DNA from: Chrysomallon squamiferum
Lineage: Eukaryota; Animalia; Mollusca
DNA length: 64,000 bases
Direction of reading: 5' to 3'
Assembly: GCA_012295275.1 (NCBI GenBank)
Contig: CM022665.1
Coordinates: 9,300,001 to 9,364,000 of the forward strand
The position numbers and the translations under genes were made by a program. Positions 1 to 14,700 of this stretch are shown here, in pieces. The number at the start of each line of letters is the position of its first letter. Positions within the stretch are counted from its first letter, which is position 1. The notes under the pieces are model-generated. The model saw only the letters and a program-made list of their open reading frames with translations. It was not told the DNA's origin and ran no database searches.

Positions 1-86
1 AAGTGTAATTAATTATAAAAAAAAAAAAAAAATTTAACAACCATTCCTACCATTAGAGGTACAATTTAACAAGAGAGTTTACTTAC

Positions 87-158
87 CCCTGAATCTACCT
101 GATCATCTTTACCAGATTCTTCTTGTTTGTTTTCTTTGCCTTCCTTGTCTTCTTCATT
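87..158 (-). CDS. PPP1R12A: MYPT1 exon 20
   Basis: NEEDKEGKENKQEESGKDDQVDSG|GTAAGT. Confidence 0.8.
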
Positions 159-3035
159 CTAGAAAAAAATTGAAAACATATTTAAGTATATTACACAATC
201 ACATTTAATATTATGTAAATGAAAAATATATATATCTGTGAATTTTCTGTGAATTATTATTTATTGCCTATTTTAAAAAAATAAATTATACACATGATAT
301 ATATATAAAAAACAAAGTTCTGCTTTGCTGATCTATTCTGAGGTTCTTGAATTGGCTTTTCCTTTATCTGAGATTATAATAATTTGACTTCTGATCATCA
401 TATGCAGTAACTAATATTGATATGAATTCTCCATTAACATTTCAGTTAACTTACATCTGGTTCATAACTGGCTATACCCGTAGATCGTCTTTCTCTTCTA
501 GCTCGTCTGGCACGAACCAGTGACAGTTCTTTCTTTTCTTCATGGCCATCTGCAAGAGAACAATGTTACATGTAACTCAAGTAAAAATAAGAAAATGAAA
601 CAGAAAAGAAGTGAACTAAGACACAATAACAATAAATGGTTATTTCAGAATATATAAATCTATAAATAATTTTTTAAATTCCAAGAAAAAAAAGTCTTAA
701 GAAAAGATCAACATAAATGTAACTGAGAACATGTTAGAAATTACAGACAATGGCTGGATTAGGAAGCAGCCAATGGTTATAATGAGAAAGACCAATAATG
801 CAAAATATCTGAGCTCCAACCAATGAGCTAATCTCCTAGACAATCACTAGTGTATATAAAAAAAAATGTAAAAATTAACCAGTAGTAAATTAATATTCTT
901 GAATGAAACCAGTTTAAAACCTCATAAAATTTCAAAGCTACTTCTGTCTGATGCATGTCTAAAACTTAAAGATGTTAGTCATGAAATATCATTGAAGATA
1001 TACAGCACGCTGTTCAACTATTATATTTAAGTATATATAGTATCTCCAGTTTGAATAATAATTGTTGTACAGACTAATTTACATTTTACATGAGTGCAAA
1101 CCATTAAACAAAGAATCCTTTACCAGTGGTCTTGAAACTCATTCAGCACTCATATCAAAGCATAAAAATAAAAATAAGATGCTTTTTTAAAATTAACGTA
1201 AGCCTTTAATTAAATTGTTGATAAAGATTATTTCAACAGTTTCTAAATACCAAGCCATTTCAATTATTCTTACAATCACTGTACATGTTCTTTAAGTTTT
1301 GAAAACATTAGTATTTATTTTTGTACTAAAATATTTTACAATATGGGTGCATTCTGAATATAACTGGAACTGGACATAAAAACAAAGTAGCCAAAATACC
1401 AGTCATGCTAATATACAGAAGCAACAAAATCATACACATGAAAAAACAAAATAATAAAAAATAATAAAAACAAAGTTATTTTTTATATAGCACAGCAATA
1501 CTCTAATAAATAACTGATCTATATAATAAAAATACAGCTAAAGCAGGAATATTTCTTTTTTTAATTTCACTGAATATATTGTTTGTCCAACAATTTTATT
1601 TTTTTCCATTTAGATAAATTCCTATCATATTATTAATGTATTTTATTTTTTTTCATGTAGATAAATTCCTATCATATTATTAATGCATTTATGTTCTATA
1701 CACCATGCATTATCACTCATCACCTATGCCAAAAAACAGGGTTATGTCATCATTGTTAATTTTGATAAACCTGGTCACTGCTGATAAACCTGGACACTGA
1801 AGAAAAACTGGCTAACACCCAAATTATATTGGTACTGACAGATCTGGCCTGAAATTACATGCAACAATTTGAAAAATGTTTCGTTTTTATAATGCATTTA
1901 TGGCTTTCATTTTTTGCAAACTAGATAATTATTTTTAAAAATAAAATTCAAGAAAGCTAATTTCAAAACAATATTTTAATAAAATAAAAGGATCCAAATG
2001 TTTAAAATGTTATTTATCCCAAATTAAAGCTTATGTTGTGTGGTAACAACTGCTGTAACAAAACATACTGTGTCATTCTGACCCAAATCTTATTTGTCTT
2101 TTCAAAATATACATCATATCATACAGCCTCACAACACTCTGATGCTTTGACTTACAGGCTTTTCTGTAACATGCAATAATTTTAACAGTGAAAAAAATCA
2201 TAAATAAAAAAAAAAAAAAATAAAAATCATAAAATAAAATGGTTAAAATCTATGCTACTCACACACACCTTTCTTACTTTCCTCTCTAGCAGCAGAAGAA
2301 TCATCTTTGGTAATTCTGTCCTTGTTCTCTTTTGACAACTCATTCCGCATATCATCCATCTCGCCGTTTCTAACCCGACGTAAAGACGATGTGCGGGACA
2401 GACCCGTGCTTCCAGTTGTGAGACTAGATATATCGGAACTTGAAAGAGCATTTCTTTGACTACGAGGTATATAAGCTGTCAATGAAAACAATGCAAATGT
2501 CACTTTAAAGAAAATTAACTTTTAAGATGTGTTTTTAAAATAAAACAGTTATGCCTCTGTTCTTTTTGTTATATATATTAAAAATTCCAGTTAAAAAAAT
2601 GAATAGAAAAATAATTAATTATCAAATGCTTTTTTCACATGTACTTTATCCAATAAAAGATAAGTAAATTATGACAAATTAATGTAACTTACATATGCTA
2701 TCTGAAGTGTGACTACTGAAACTATTTGAATTGTCTCGCATTGAATCTCGAGATCGGCGAAAGCTGCTTCTAGAATCATCCTGAAACAGCAATGTGTCAG
2801 ATCACATGAGTACAGCTAAGATATGCCAAATAGCAACCTAAACTTCTGTAAAAAAATATTAGTTGTACATCTACAATTTAGTCTAGCTAACAACTTTCAA
2901 ATTATGTTTTGCTATGAGAAAGAACTTGGTGCAAAATATGTGGAAATAATGGATTTAATGACTGAAATGTTTGATTGTGACAGCATGTAAAGGGTTAAAA
3001 GTTAAATACCTGCTCTCATGGAACTAATTAGAGTG

Positions 3036-3073
<38 letters not shown>

Positions 3074-6000
3074 ATTAAGGTAATCAGTAAATACAACTTT
3101 ACAGAGAAATTAAATGTAAATCCATGACATGCTGTTCATGCTAATGATCATTATATCAGAGAAAAATTAGTCAAACTTTAATATTCGACTGTATGTAAAT
3201 AATCAGTTTCAAATCTTCCTCCTATAAACTATAGCAAATGCTAAAGGAAGAGGATATATTTTTTATACTAATAAACTTATTCCTTCTATCATTTTTATTG
3301 AATTAAGCAACCTTTTTTCCACTTCCCATTATAAAACACCAAACTTACTTCATAATTTCAATGCTTACTTCAAAATAAACAACTTTTTATAAATCACTGA
3401 AAGGAAACACCTCAAATTCTATGAGCTAAATGGGAACTTTACCACCCAATTATTCTAAAAACAAAGGGGTCTAATAATTCCCATCCTCTTCGTCTTTGGA
3501 CTCAGAAGACGCAATGCAGATCTAATGAACAATCCGAAAACTGGAACAACATCCACGAACAAAAACATGCACAACTTCACACAAGACTTACATCTCTGCG
3601 ATCTTCCCAGCACCGTCGATGCGATGGTGCATCATCTGATGTCGAGTCTTTGGAAGAGAAACTGGAACTAGTTCTATCAGTTACAGAATCTTTTTGAGAG
3701 TCCCGTACCAAGTCTCTCTTTGTTACAGATACATTATAATTATCTTTATCTGTTTCTCTGTTGTTCTGAAGTCTTAATTTTTCCCTGTCTTTATCTGTTG
3801 TAGAATGTTTGATCGATTCCTGGGCTTGCTCCACATCTTCCAAAGCAACACCCTGAACGCATGAAAAATTATATAAACATTAAACATATAAAAAGAGAAT
3901 AAGATTAATCTGTTATATAAATGTAAGTAAAAGGTTCTTAGCAACCAATCAGGTGTAGAAGAAAATTACATAATCTCCACAATGTTATATCATTTGCATA
4001 CATGAATAAAATTATATACAGCTAAATTTCTTTTTTTCACAATTATAAATTTTTTTTTTTTTTTCAGCAATAGATTTAAATAATTTTAATCATATGTTGA
4101 TTTAAAACAATATGTATTCTCTGACCTGTGTTGATCGTCTTGTTTCCCTAGCTCTCTTGGCTCGGGCTTTCCTTTGAGTTTCTGCCTCTTCATCACGTTT
4201 GGGAGGTTCATAAGATCTAAAAGAAACAGCAGCGTTGGAAAAAATAAAACTCTGAAAATATGATTTTTGTAATAAAAATAATATAATGAACAAATTAGCC
4301 AAATTCAATTTGAAAATAACAGTGCAGCATAATTCCAAATATTTATTATAAATATAAAATGAAGAACATTTGAAAAGGCAAGCAGAATTAAAATTTATTT
4401 AAAAAAAATATAAATATCAAATACTTTCATATGCAGTTGCACTATAGTGACTATATTTTCAGTGTCAAGAAAATTCTAAATTCTGGAAAAAGAAAATAAA
4501 ATAATAAAAAATAAATGAACCTTCGGAACATAGAAATATTTGTTGTAGGTGCAGTGACTGTTGCAGTTGTGTAAATAGTTGTGCTGGCAGTAGTTACAGA
4601 GGCTGGTATTGTCACGGATGTTGAGATGGGCGGTATGTTTGTTCTTTGTCGCAGTGTTGCATCTTCATGTTTTTCTTCTTCCTTGGCAATTTCCTTGCGT
4701 TCATTCTGCTCTTGTTGCCTGCGATAGTAGGGCACGTATGCAGATTGGTAAGAGCTGCCATATGAGTGCAGACTGCGATAGGGAGAGGTAGCAGACTGAC
4801 CATACGAACTAACAAAACTATGTCTGGAACACACAAAAGCAAAAAAGTATGACATGCAAGCATGCAATCAGTAATATTCATACAAGCAACAGGCACAAAA
4901 AAAAAAAAGAAAAAAGAAAGAAAAGAAAGAAAAAGATAGAAAGAAAAAATTCCAGCAGCTACTGTGCATAACTGAAAATGGTAATCGTCATGAATAGGTT
5001 GAAACTTCTAGATCTAAATAGAGCAAACTGCATGGAACAATAGCCGTTAGTCTGAAATGTGCTTTCAGAGGGTTTTAAAATGTAAGGTTAAACTCTAAAT
5101 AAAACATGAAAGGTTTTTTTTATCAATGACAGAATGTAAAATCCATAACTGCAGTGACCTAACCCTTATCTTGTCATGCCTCCAAATTATGGTTATTAAA
5201 TTTGTTGATTTAAAAAATAATAATCTTGCATCTGTTTTTTAAATCAGGCATCAATGATTTGACCATGCTACAAAAATTTACACATATTTGTAATACATGT
5301 GTATTGTAACAAATGTGCAATTATCAGTTTCATTTGTGGATTTCTGTGCTGAGAGAGACAGTAATGGTAGTAGTTGCATTCACAGTGACTTTAAGAGTAC
5401 CAATAACAACATAAAAACCTGTAAAATTTAACAATACAATTTAATAAATAATAATATAAATAATCATTATAAAATAATAATTTACTAAACTTGGGTTTAA
5501 TAAAATGTTTTTTTTCTTTCTTTCTTTTTTTTTTAAAATAACAACCCACAAACAACAACAACAACAACAACAACAGAAAAAGAAAACACACAAAAAATTA
5601 TATTTAATTTGGTATAAAAATAATAAACAATGTTTTATCATTTTAATTATTTCCATCAGGTTAACATGATATACTTCAAAATAGCTGGCCAACATATTAA
5701 AAAAAACCCCCAAAACTGATAGACCAGAAGCTGTAACTAAAAGAATTTGTTATTTATTATTTAAAGAACATTTCTCCTGTGTTTAGTGGCTGCTGATAAA
5801 ATTCATGTAAAATGCGTGTCTAATTAGTATTCTTGTAGCTTCCATTTCACAATTTTTAGTAAATGACATTTAATATAAACATAAATAAAATTAGTAGCAA
5901 GAGATTTCTCAAACTGAAACTATGTCAAAATATGACAAAACTCAGTTTAAGAAAGCAAAATATTTTTACCATAAAATGTCATCTAAGCAGATGTTACAAC

Positions 6001-7718
6001 AAAACGATATTGAAGGATGCAGAGTAAAGATCAATTTAAACAAATAACATGTCATGCTATATATATTAAAAAAAAGAAAAAAAAAAGCAACCTCAGTTAA
6101 AAGAAACCCAGCAGTACATTTAGAATATTTAAATTAATGAAAACAAAACACAGCAAAACAAACAAAAAGGGAAAAGACTGGTAACAACATGTAGTAAGTA
6201 GATTGTTAATGTTTTTGTATTTGGCTATCAGATACTCAAAACATTTTACTTATCACACTTTTCTTGAAGATTTATTTTGATTCATTTTTTTTTTTTTTTT
6301 TTTATAATATATATTGGCTAGATCATGTACAGTGTTAGTGTTTCCACTATGCAGCAACAGGAGGGTGGCCTGCCCGGCCATTTTTTGCAGCTGCCCTTGC
6401 ACTCAAAATTTCAAAAATGCCTGCCCTCAATTGGCTAAGTTTTCAATAAAATGTGCTGATAATTAATGCAGTTTTGCCTCAGCAGACCAATAAACAAATA
6501 TGAATGGCAGTTTCTAGCACCAATAAACAAATACAAATAACACTTTTTAATTCCAACAAATGAAATAAACAGGACTATGACACCTTGTTAATTCTGCCCT
6601 TTTGAAGACAAGTAATAATGAAAAAAATGCCCCTTTTTCCTATCTGCACTCTGCTCCTTTTTCACACTCAGGGTCACATTATAGTATTATGTAAACAATT
6701 TTATTTTTAATAAAACAACTTTACTACAGATGTCATATCAATTTTTCATCATAAACATGAATTGTAATTAACAGTGGTTTATTTATGACTGCATTTAAAA
6801 GTTGTAAACAAAAAAGAATTTAAATACATATTGAAAGTAATTTAAAACTTTTTTCATAAATCCTAAATATCTGAATGAAGAAAAGAAAACAAAAATTAAC
6901 CCAATATTGACATAATTATGAATAAGCATACCTGTCTGACAGACGATTATCTTGAGTAACCTCAGAAGTAGAGGCTGTTAGGGATGATGTGCTAACAACA
7001 CTGCGATGACTGCTGTTAAGATCCTGTGAAATGCATCAAATATAACAAGTTAAGGGATTTCTCATAACAAATGATGAAAATAAATACATTATTAAGAAAA
7101 TATTAAATAAACAAATAAAGTTTAAAATTTCACGATTCCCCCTCTCCAAAAAAAAAGAAGAAAAAAAAGAAGATAATAATAATTATAAAGACTGGACAAA
7201 CTTGTAGAAAACAGTTTAGTTCTTACTCAACAAGAGATAAATGTATAACATTTTATTTAGAAATCTTTTTCAAATGTTAGTTATGTAAGATAAGAAACAA
7301 TGTGCAATAATAAAACACATCTTTCATATCATCCGTAAAATGTTTGCAAAATTGATGGAAATATGATTTTTATTAATTAAAAAAAAAATTGGAAATAAAA
7401 ATTTAAACTGTTTTCAAGTGTATTTAAATATGAATAAAGTGGTGAACATTACAAGATAATTACAGCAGAAATAAATGAAAGACAGAACCCAAACCAAAGT
7501 TAATTGTGCTCTCTACAAACTAATAAAGCTTTCTTTTAATGCAATTCTAACAAAAATGATTGAATCCGTGCCATGAACATGCGGAAAAAATGAAAATAAT
7601 AATAACAATAATAATAATAATATAAATAAATAAATAAGTCAACTTTTTACAAAAAGAAGGATTTATGAAGGATTTGTTTTTAATTGAGGCTAAATTACAA
7701 ATTTAAAAAACCTCAAAA

Positions 7719-7755
<37 letters not shown>

Positions 7756-9328
7756 TGTATATATATATCTGATGGCAAGGAAGGTAAAACAGATCCCCTC
7801 TACCACCACCAAAAATCTGACCCAAATCAGAAATCTTTGCAAGATGTATAACACAACTCACATTTTCTACCAATCTTACTCGAGGAATATAACTTGCTGA
7901 ATGCAGTAGAAACCTGTCATCATCTTTTTCCTTGAGTACTGAACCACTAACCATATTCAAGCTTCCAGTCTTTCTGAGTTCAGCTCGCCATTTGTGGACG
8001 TTAAAGTCCAACAGTGAAACTTTTGCTCCCTGTTCATTGCAAAAAGGGCATGTAGGTGTTTGCATTACGATATATGGGAAGAGGAAGGGATGGAGTTATA
8101 AAAAAAATTACAAATAAATAATAAAAATAATTGTAAATAAATACACAGAAGCAGACAACGTTGAAGTATTTGAATTTTATGTCCCAATCATTTGGATATT
8201 TATAAATGTAAATTTTGTTACATTTCTGTGTGTCTTGATAATGAATAAGTTATACACCTGCATTTTGACAAGCATCAGAAGCTCCACTCCAGTAAAGTGT
8301 GCATGCCAAAGAGGGATAAAAAAGAACTGGAACAAACCACAGTTAAGCAGCAGACTGTTTTACCAAGTGTAGAAATGCAATTTGAATGTGGGTTGAATGG
8401 CATTTTGTGCTTTTTTCTGCATGTCTACTCATTATCAAGTCACAGGGATGTATTACTTCTTCTTTTGTTCTTTTTTTAAATACAAATTTTGGAGGGTTAT
8501 TATATTTGCTTCAAGGTTTCAAAATCCTAAATGATTATCTGTCGTGCTTACAGACTTTAAACAGCTTTATTTCAAGATGAACCTGTCAGAGGATTACTGT
8601 TTAGTTTTGATACTAAGTAGCAAATCTCTTTGGATATGTGAAATGAACAGTGCATTTATTAGAAGTAAAAAGGAAAATTATAAAACCACAAAGATAAACA
8701 TATATTTTCATACAACATTATTTCACAACATTGAATAGTCTCCAAATCAGAATATGATAACTGATATACATGCACAGAATAAAAACAAGATGCACCACAT
8801 ACTGTGATAAAAAATGACATGCAAAGAAAAAGTGTGCTACTCAGCCTACTGTTGCCTTAGTAGAAAAAAGACATGAGCCTAACCAACAGCATACCTGTTC
8901 ATCAGTGTGATGGCCTGATGGTGCACTAGATGATCTTGAAATAAGATCTTTGGATGAAGTAGAACTATTATTATCCTTAACAGAGACTGAGATTTCTTTA
9001 CTGGACTGAGGTGTTTCTTTATCAGGTGTTTCCTTTGAAAAAGCAAAAAGCAAAAGCAAACTAAGCATGAGCTGACAGCCTGTAGGTGTAGCTATAAGCA
9101 AAATGTTTTAAAAACAAGTATCGTAACTCTTACCTGTATATTATATCTAATTTAATTTTCAGTGCAGGTTGTATAAAGCTTATGAAAATCTGTTATATTT
9201 TGTGCTTTTTTTTGTTCATTTTTGTTTCTCAATGTTTTGTTTCTTTTTCACCTTTTTGTAAAATAAATTAACATTTCTTCCACCACAGCAAGAAGATATA
9301 AGGAAAAATGTTCTATCATGTGCATGCA

Positions 9329-9370
<42 letters not shown>

Positions 9371-10958
9371 TATATATATGACTAAACAAATAATCTGTCT
9401 ATTGTATTTATAAGCTTTACAATAAACTATAATATAAAAGATCATATATATAAAAATGAAGCTATATCAAGCAAAGTCATAAAGATGTATTTCACCTAAA
9501 TTCTGAACTAAGATGTATTCTCTAAATTTAAACATGCAGCAGCAAATTTAATTATTAGGACAAAGTAATACCTCATATATTTCCGTATATATAAAACTGA
9601 TCATATTTACATAAAGACTGAATTATATCATTAAATTAACAACATAGTTAGATAGTGAAGGTAAGATATAGATTTAAGTAAAATAAAGCAAGCAAACAAA
9701 ATGATAAATAAACAAATAAAGAAATTAGAAGAAAATGAAAAACAATAATCATCTGGTATGTTATTAAATGTTTGGTTGTTGTTTGTTCTTTCTAAAGTTA
9801 TGTCTAATAGTTTATAAATGATATCAACTATTAATTACTATTCAAAAGCATTCACAAGAGAATTACATAATAAAGCAGAAAATATATGAAAGCAAAATCT
9901 AAACTAATGCAGACATTAACAAATATATTTTTCTTAATAGAGATATATATATAATTTCTTTTTTAATATACATTTTAGTTCATTAACAGAAAATATTTCA
10001 GCTGTAAAATATTGTTTCAAATAAGATTATTACATCCTTTACCAGATTATTTACATAGTACATGCTATTAAAACATTCCATGGTCATATTAATTTTGGCT
10101 GTTTATAATCAGTAATTATGACTAATAAATTCTGTTACTGATTTCCTTTTTCATAACAAATGGGTGTACACTTGCAAACCAACTCTTAGGGAAGACAAAC
10201 CACTCATATTTATTTTAAAAAAAAGAAGCTTTTATTAATCCCTTTTCTGCAATTATATTAAATATATATTTTTTTTTAAAAGAAAATGTCTACTGTATAA
10301 AATTCCTAATCTTATACATGGGTTAAAGTTATAAATTCAGTTCAAATAACATTTATTTGACTTGTTTATATTATTTGTAAATAATAAAAAATATTACTTT
10401 TTTGAAGGCTCTTATGCCATTAAAGATAAATCTGAATGCCAGTGAAAGGACAGGACAGAAAGTAAATGGGTACAATAGTTTCAACTGAAAAATCCTTAAG
10501 AAAAATTGAAAACAGAAGTAAACTTGTTTGCAGGAGCTAAAGGTTAACTACCAAGAAGAATTAGTATTAAATACCGCAATATCAAATATTTTAGACTTAC
10601 ATCATCAATTTTAGTTACAATGGCATTCTGCACGCCATTTCTCACAGTCTCATCTGACCGTGAAATGTTTTCACTTTCTGAAACCTCATCTATTTTGGGC
10701 ATCTCTGCTCGCTTAATGTCAACTCCAGAATGGCTAGATGCGTTGTCTTGTTCCCGAGGCTGCATGCAAACAAAGCAAACTAGACTACATCTACTATACC
10801 CAGGCTCTCCTCCACTTTTATTCTTTGTTTTTACATTTACAGTTTCGCAGGATTATTTTTGTTTGGAAAAATAAAAAACAAGACAATTATTTTACTGTAA
10901 ATTTTATCAAATCAAAAGACTTGTGTTTTCAAAGGAATATTTAGTTTCTACACATACA

Positions 10959-10999
<41 letters not shown>

Positions 11000-11668
11000 C
11001 TATATAAAAACTGTCTTTAATAACTTTCATTTGGTTGGAGGGCATTTGTTTTATACATTTCAAACTAAATTCAAAGAGAAATAAAGAGTAAGATAATTTT
11101 TCTTATTACTAAATAGTTAAAACAGTGTTTTTTTCAGAAATAAGTTGAATACTTTTTAAACAGACAAAAATTCCTGTGCAATAATGCAAACATACAAAGC
11201 AACAAACAAATAAATAAATAAAGAAATAAATAAAGAACAAAAAGAAAGGGCGTTTCTAAATTATTTATAATATTACCCAATCAGTATTAAGTAAGAAAGA
11301 AACAATATCAAATACAATTCTTGGATTCAAAGACTTGTTTAGCTCAACTATGGTAACATTTATATAACTATAAAATAATTTTTAAAAAACTTTTTCTGTT
11401 TTATATACTGATCACAATTGTAATTTAGAATTATTTCTATATTAAATTATGGGAAAAAAGATAAAAATAATTATGCACAAATAATATTCTATAATTACAG
11501 AGTAAAGATTGAAAAACAAAACAATAATACTGATAATAATAAAAAGAAAAAAAGATGCATTTTCCCACCACACTATGAAATTATTACTTTTCTTTTCGAA
11601 TTAAAATACTGCATGCATATAACAATAACCACAACATAGATTCAGACATTTTTTCACCAGCACAACAC

Positions 11669-11710
<42 letters not shown>

Positions 11711-14700
11711 ACAAATTTAAAATACAATTCAGCAAAAAAATAAAACAATTAAAATAATTTTTAAATCTGACAGAAAAGACGTCAACAAAAATAATAATAA
11801 TAAATAATTTGAAAATTTGAAATAAAACAACAGAAAATCAATAAACTACTTAAAAAGTGAAAGTAATTCCACTGCTTCTGAGTCAGTTGGTGCAATATAT
11901 GTGGGTGTTCTGAAGTGCCAGCTAGGATAGTTTGTTTTACTGTAATATCTAAGAGTTCCTTATATCCATTAAAACACCAAACTTTTATCATATGCATCAG
12001 TAAAAATCCTAAAAATACCCCAATTCATTAACTTACTTAAATACATTATTCAACAATGATGCTTAATATATGAAATTCTTTTTTAGTTTCAACTGCTAGT
12101 TGAAAAGGAAGAAAGAAGACAAAGTATGTATACATTTTAAAAAACCTGTATAAGCTTTCAAATATAAAGCATGCATTAATGATGTAATTACTCACCTTTT
12201 CAATTGATGTTTGTTTGTTTAGTTCATTCTTTCGTTCTGAAATAAAGAAATAAAAAATTAAGCCTCATATCAGGAAACAAAGCCAGCCAAACAAAAATAA
12301 TAATAATAATAATAATGTTGCTGAATGATCATATCTACTGATGTTCAGATGCCCAAATGCACCCAAAAACAAATGCACTGTCACAGCTGCAAGAAACTGC
12401 GTGAAATGTTAAGATTCTGGTGAATGCATGTGAAAATCAGGTAAAGACTGCAGTACTGATGGGTATTTAAAACTGCAATCCTAGCAATGATGCTTCATTT
12501 CCATTTTGTCATAGAAGAGTTACAAAATGTTGATTAAGCCTACCAAATGAAAACACTGCAACAGCAAAGAACACTGTTGGACTCACACCTGGTTTGAAAA
12601 AGGTGTCTGATTAAAATATCTGTAACTTACTTTGAGAAGTTAATTTACAGGCTAGGAATCCATTTGCTGGTCCTGTCCTGTCCTGTCATGATCACAGGTG
12701 CACGAATATACAACTTCTGGTGCTGGAACTTGGGGAAACTAGCAGGGAGTGTGGTTCAGTGACCAATTATGTTTCCTTCTAAATGATGTGATGTTTACAT
12801 ATACACCACAACAAAAACTGCCAACAACTGCATCACCATGGATTTGGTGGAAGGAATGTCAATATGTGGAGCCTTTCATATACTGACAGAAGTAAACTTG
12901 TGTCCGAAGATGGTAACATGACAGCTGTACAGTGCTAAGAAATGTTTTGCTGCAACATGCTTCCCATTTTAGATCTTATAGCAGGGCAACACCAGGCTGC
13001 ATAATGCACGTGTAAACAATGTGTTTCCTACAGAATGAGAACATTAATGAGCTGACATGGCCATCAAGATCACTAGCTCTCAACCCCATTGAACATCTTT
13101 GGGATGAAATGGATAGACATGAACACCAGCATGACTTGGAGCCTCAGATACTTCTGCAACTATCACAAGCACTGTAGAAAGAATAGGTTAGGATTTCACA
13201 TGCCTGGACTCAATCTATGCCAAAAAGACGTGGCATAGTGACTGCTGGTGTTGGTTGTCATAGAAGGTACTGATTTCAGCACCCTACTGCAATGCAGTTT
13301 GGAGACAAAACTGCCTCCACTGCCATAAGCCCATAGCAAAAACAATGTCCCCATATTCATGTCAAATTTTATTGTAATACAATTATAAAAAATGAAATTA
13401 TGCCACTTTGTATCAAAGAAATAACTCCATTAATATTTCTCCTATGTGTTTCTTTTTTGACAGAGTATAACATTTTTGGAAATGAAATAATTTAAAAAAG
13501 AAATTTCAGCCTAGTACAAATATCTCAAATGGTTTGAAATTTAACATGGAATTTCTGAAAAATTAAATGTTTAATAAAGATCTCATATATGCTTCAGAAA
13601 CATAAAAATTGTTGTCTGGACAATCTTAAGATAAAAATAAAATTAAAAATTTCAGAATTTTGTACCTGTACTGATTTTCTTATAATACAAACCATTAAAA
13701 TTATAAATATATCTGGATAAATTACACTGTGGGAATAACTAAAGTATAACACTTTTAGAAGGTGTATAATGCTTTGCAGAAATTCAGTTTCCCATAACAA
13801 ATCAAAAAAAGGCTAAAATGCATCAAGAAGCAATTATGTTCCTTTACAAGTTTAATTTAAATGACCTGATAACAAATAACATGTGACAAAAACAGATAAC
13901 TTTAAAAGTGGTGGGGGGTTGTTTTCCTGTAGGTAAAGTACTGAACACTGCCTTACCTATTTCCTTTCCAGATTCCTCAGATTCTGTTTCTTCTTCATTA
14001 TAACTTTCAGCCTTTTTATCTTCCTCTTTGTTACGGAAAAGATTGGTCTCAAATGCTGGTCGCTCTTGTTCTGCTGACCTGTGTAAAACATTCTGTTTCT
14101 GGTCACCACTCATACGAGTAACAGAACTCCTGAAAAATATGAAAATTTCAATGACAATGCATGCATTTACGGCATTACCTAAGGTCAAAACAATAAAAAA
14201 AAAAGTGCATATTTTCTCCTCTAGTCTCCTGAAATTTTCCCCATCTCATTCACAATACTGATTATGAGAATTAGAAAATCGGCAGAATTCCAAGTCACAC
14301 AATATTATTGTGCTTTTTTTAAAAAAAACCTGCCATGCAGAAAACTCAAGCTCAGATGCTTCTGTAATTACTGTCTCCATTATGGTAATATTAAAAATTG
14401 ACACAAACAAAAATGTCAAGCAAATTCCCTCAGCTGAAAGAATAAATAATTTTCAAACAGTTTACAGACACCTGCTCAAATAACCTTTAATGTTTATACT
14501 TGAAAAATAAACTGCATTAATTACTGTCTATTACTGCAGAGTAAAACTTATATAAATCAAAGGATGTACAGTACCTGCTGGTTTCGAACTGATTTAACTG
14601 TCAACAAATATTATCAATCTACTATCAAGTTAAATATGTTAAAGACAAGGACACCATAAAGAATGAACATAAAACGAGAACAAAAAAAGAATTGCGCAAC

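Noticed and set aside
1611-1800. Short direct repeats (28 bp x2 and 19 bp x2)
   Set aside because: Ordinary slippage duplications in an intron
5330-5390. Possible MYPT1 exon VTVNATTTITVSLSTEIHK*
   Set aside because: The phase does not fit the upstream exon and there is no convincing donor
5391-5713. ORF-track proteins rich in L/F/I/C/K runs (also 9248, 25537, 29519, 30435, 33830, 52827, 57034 and others)
   Set aside because: Translations of microsatellites and AT-rich intron DNA; no splice or family support
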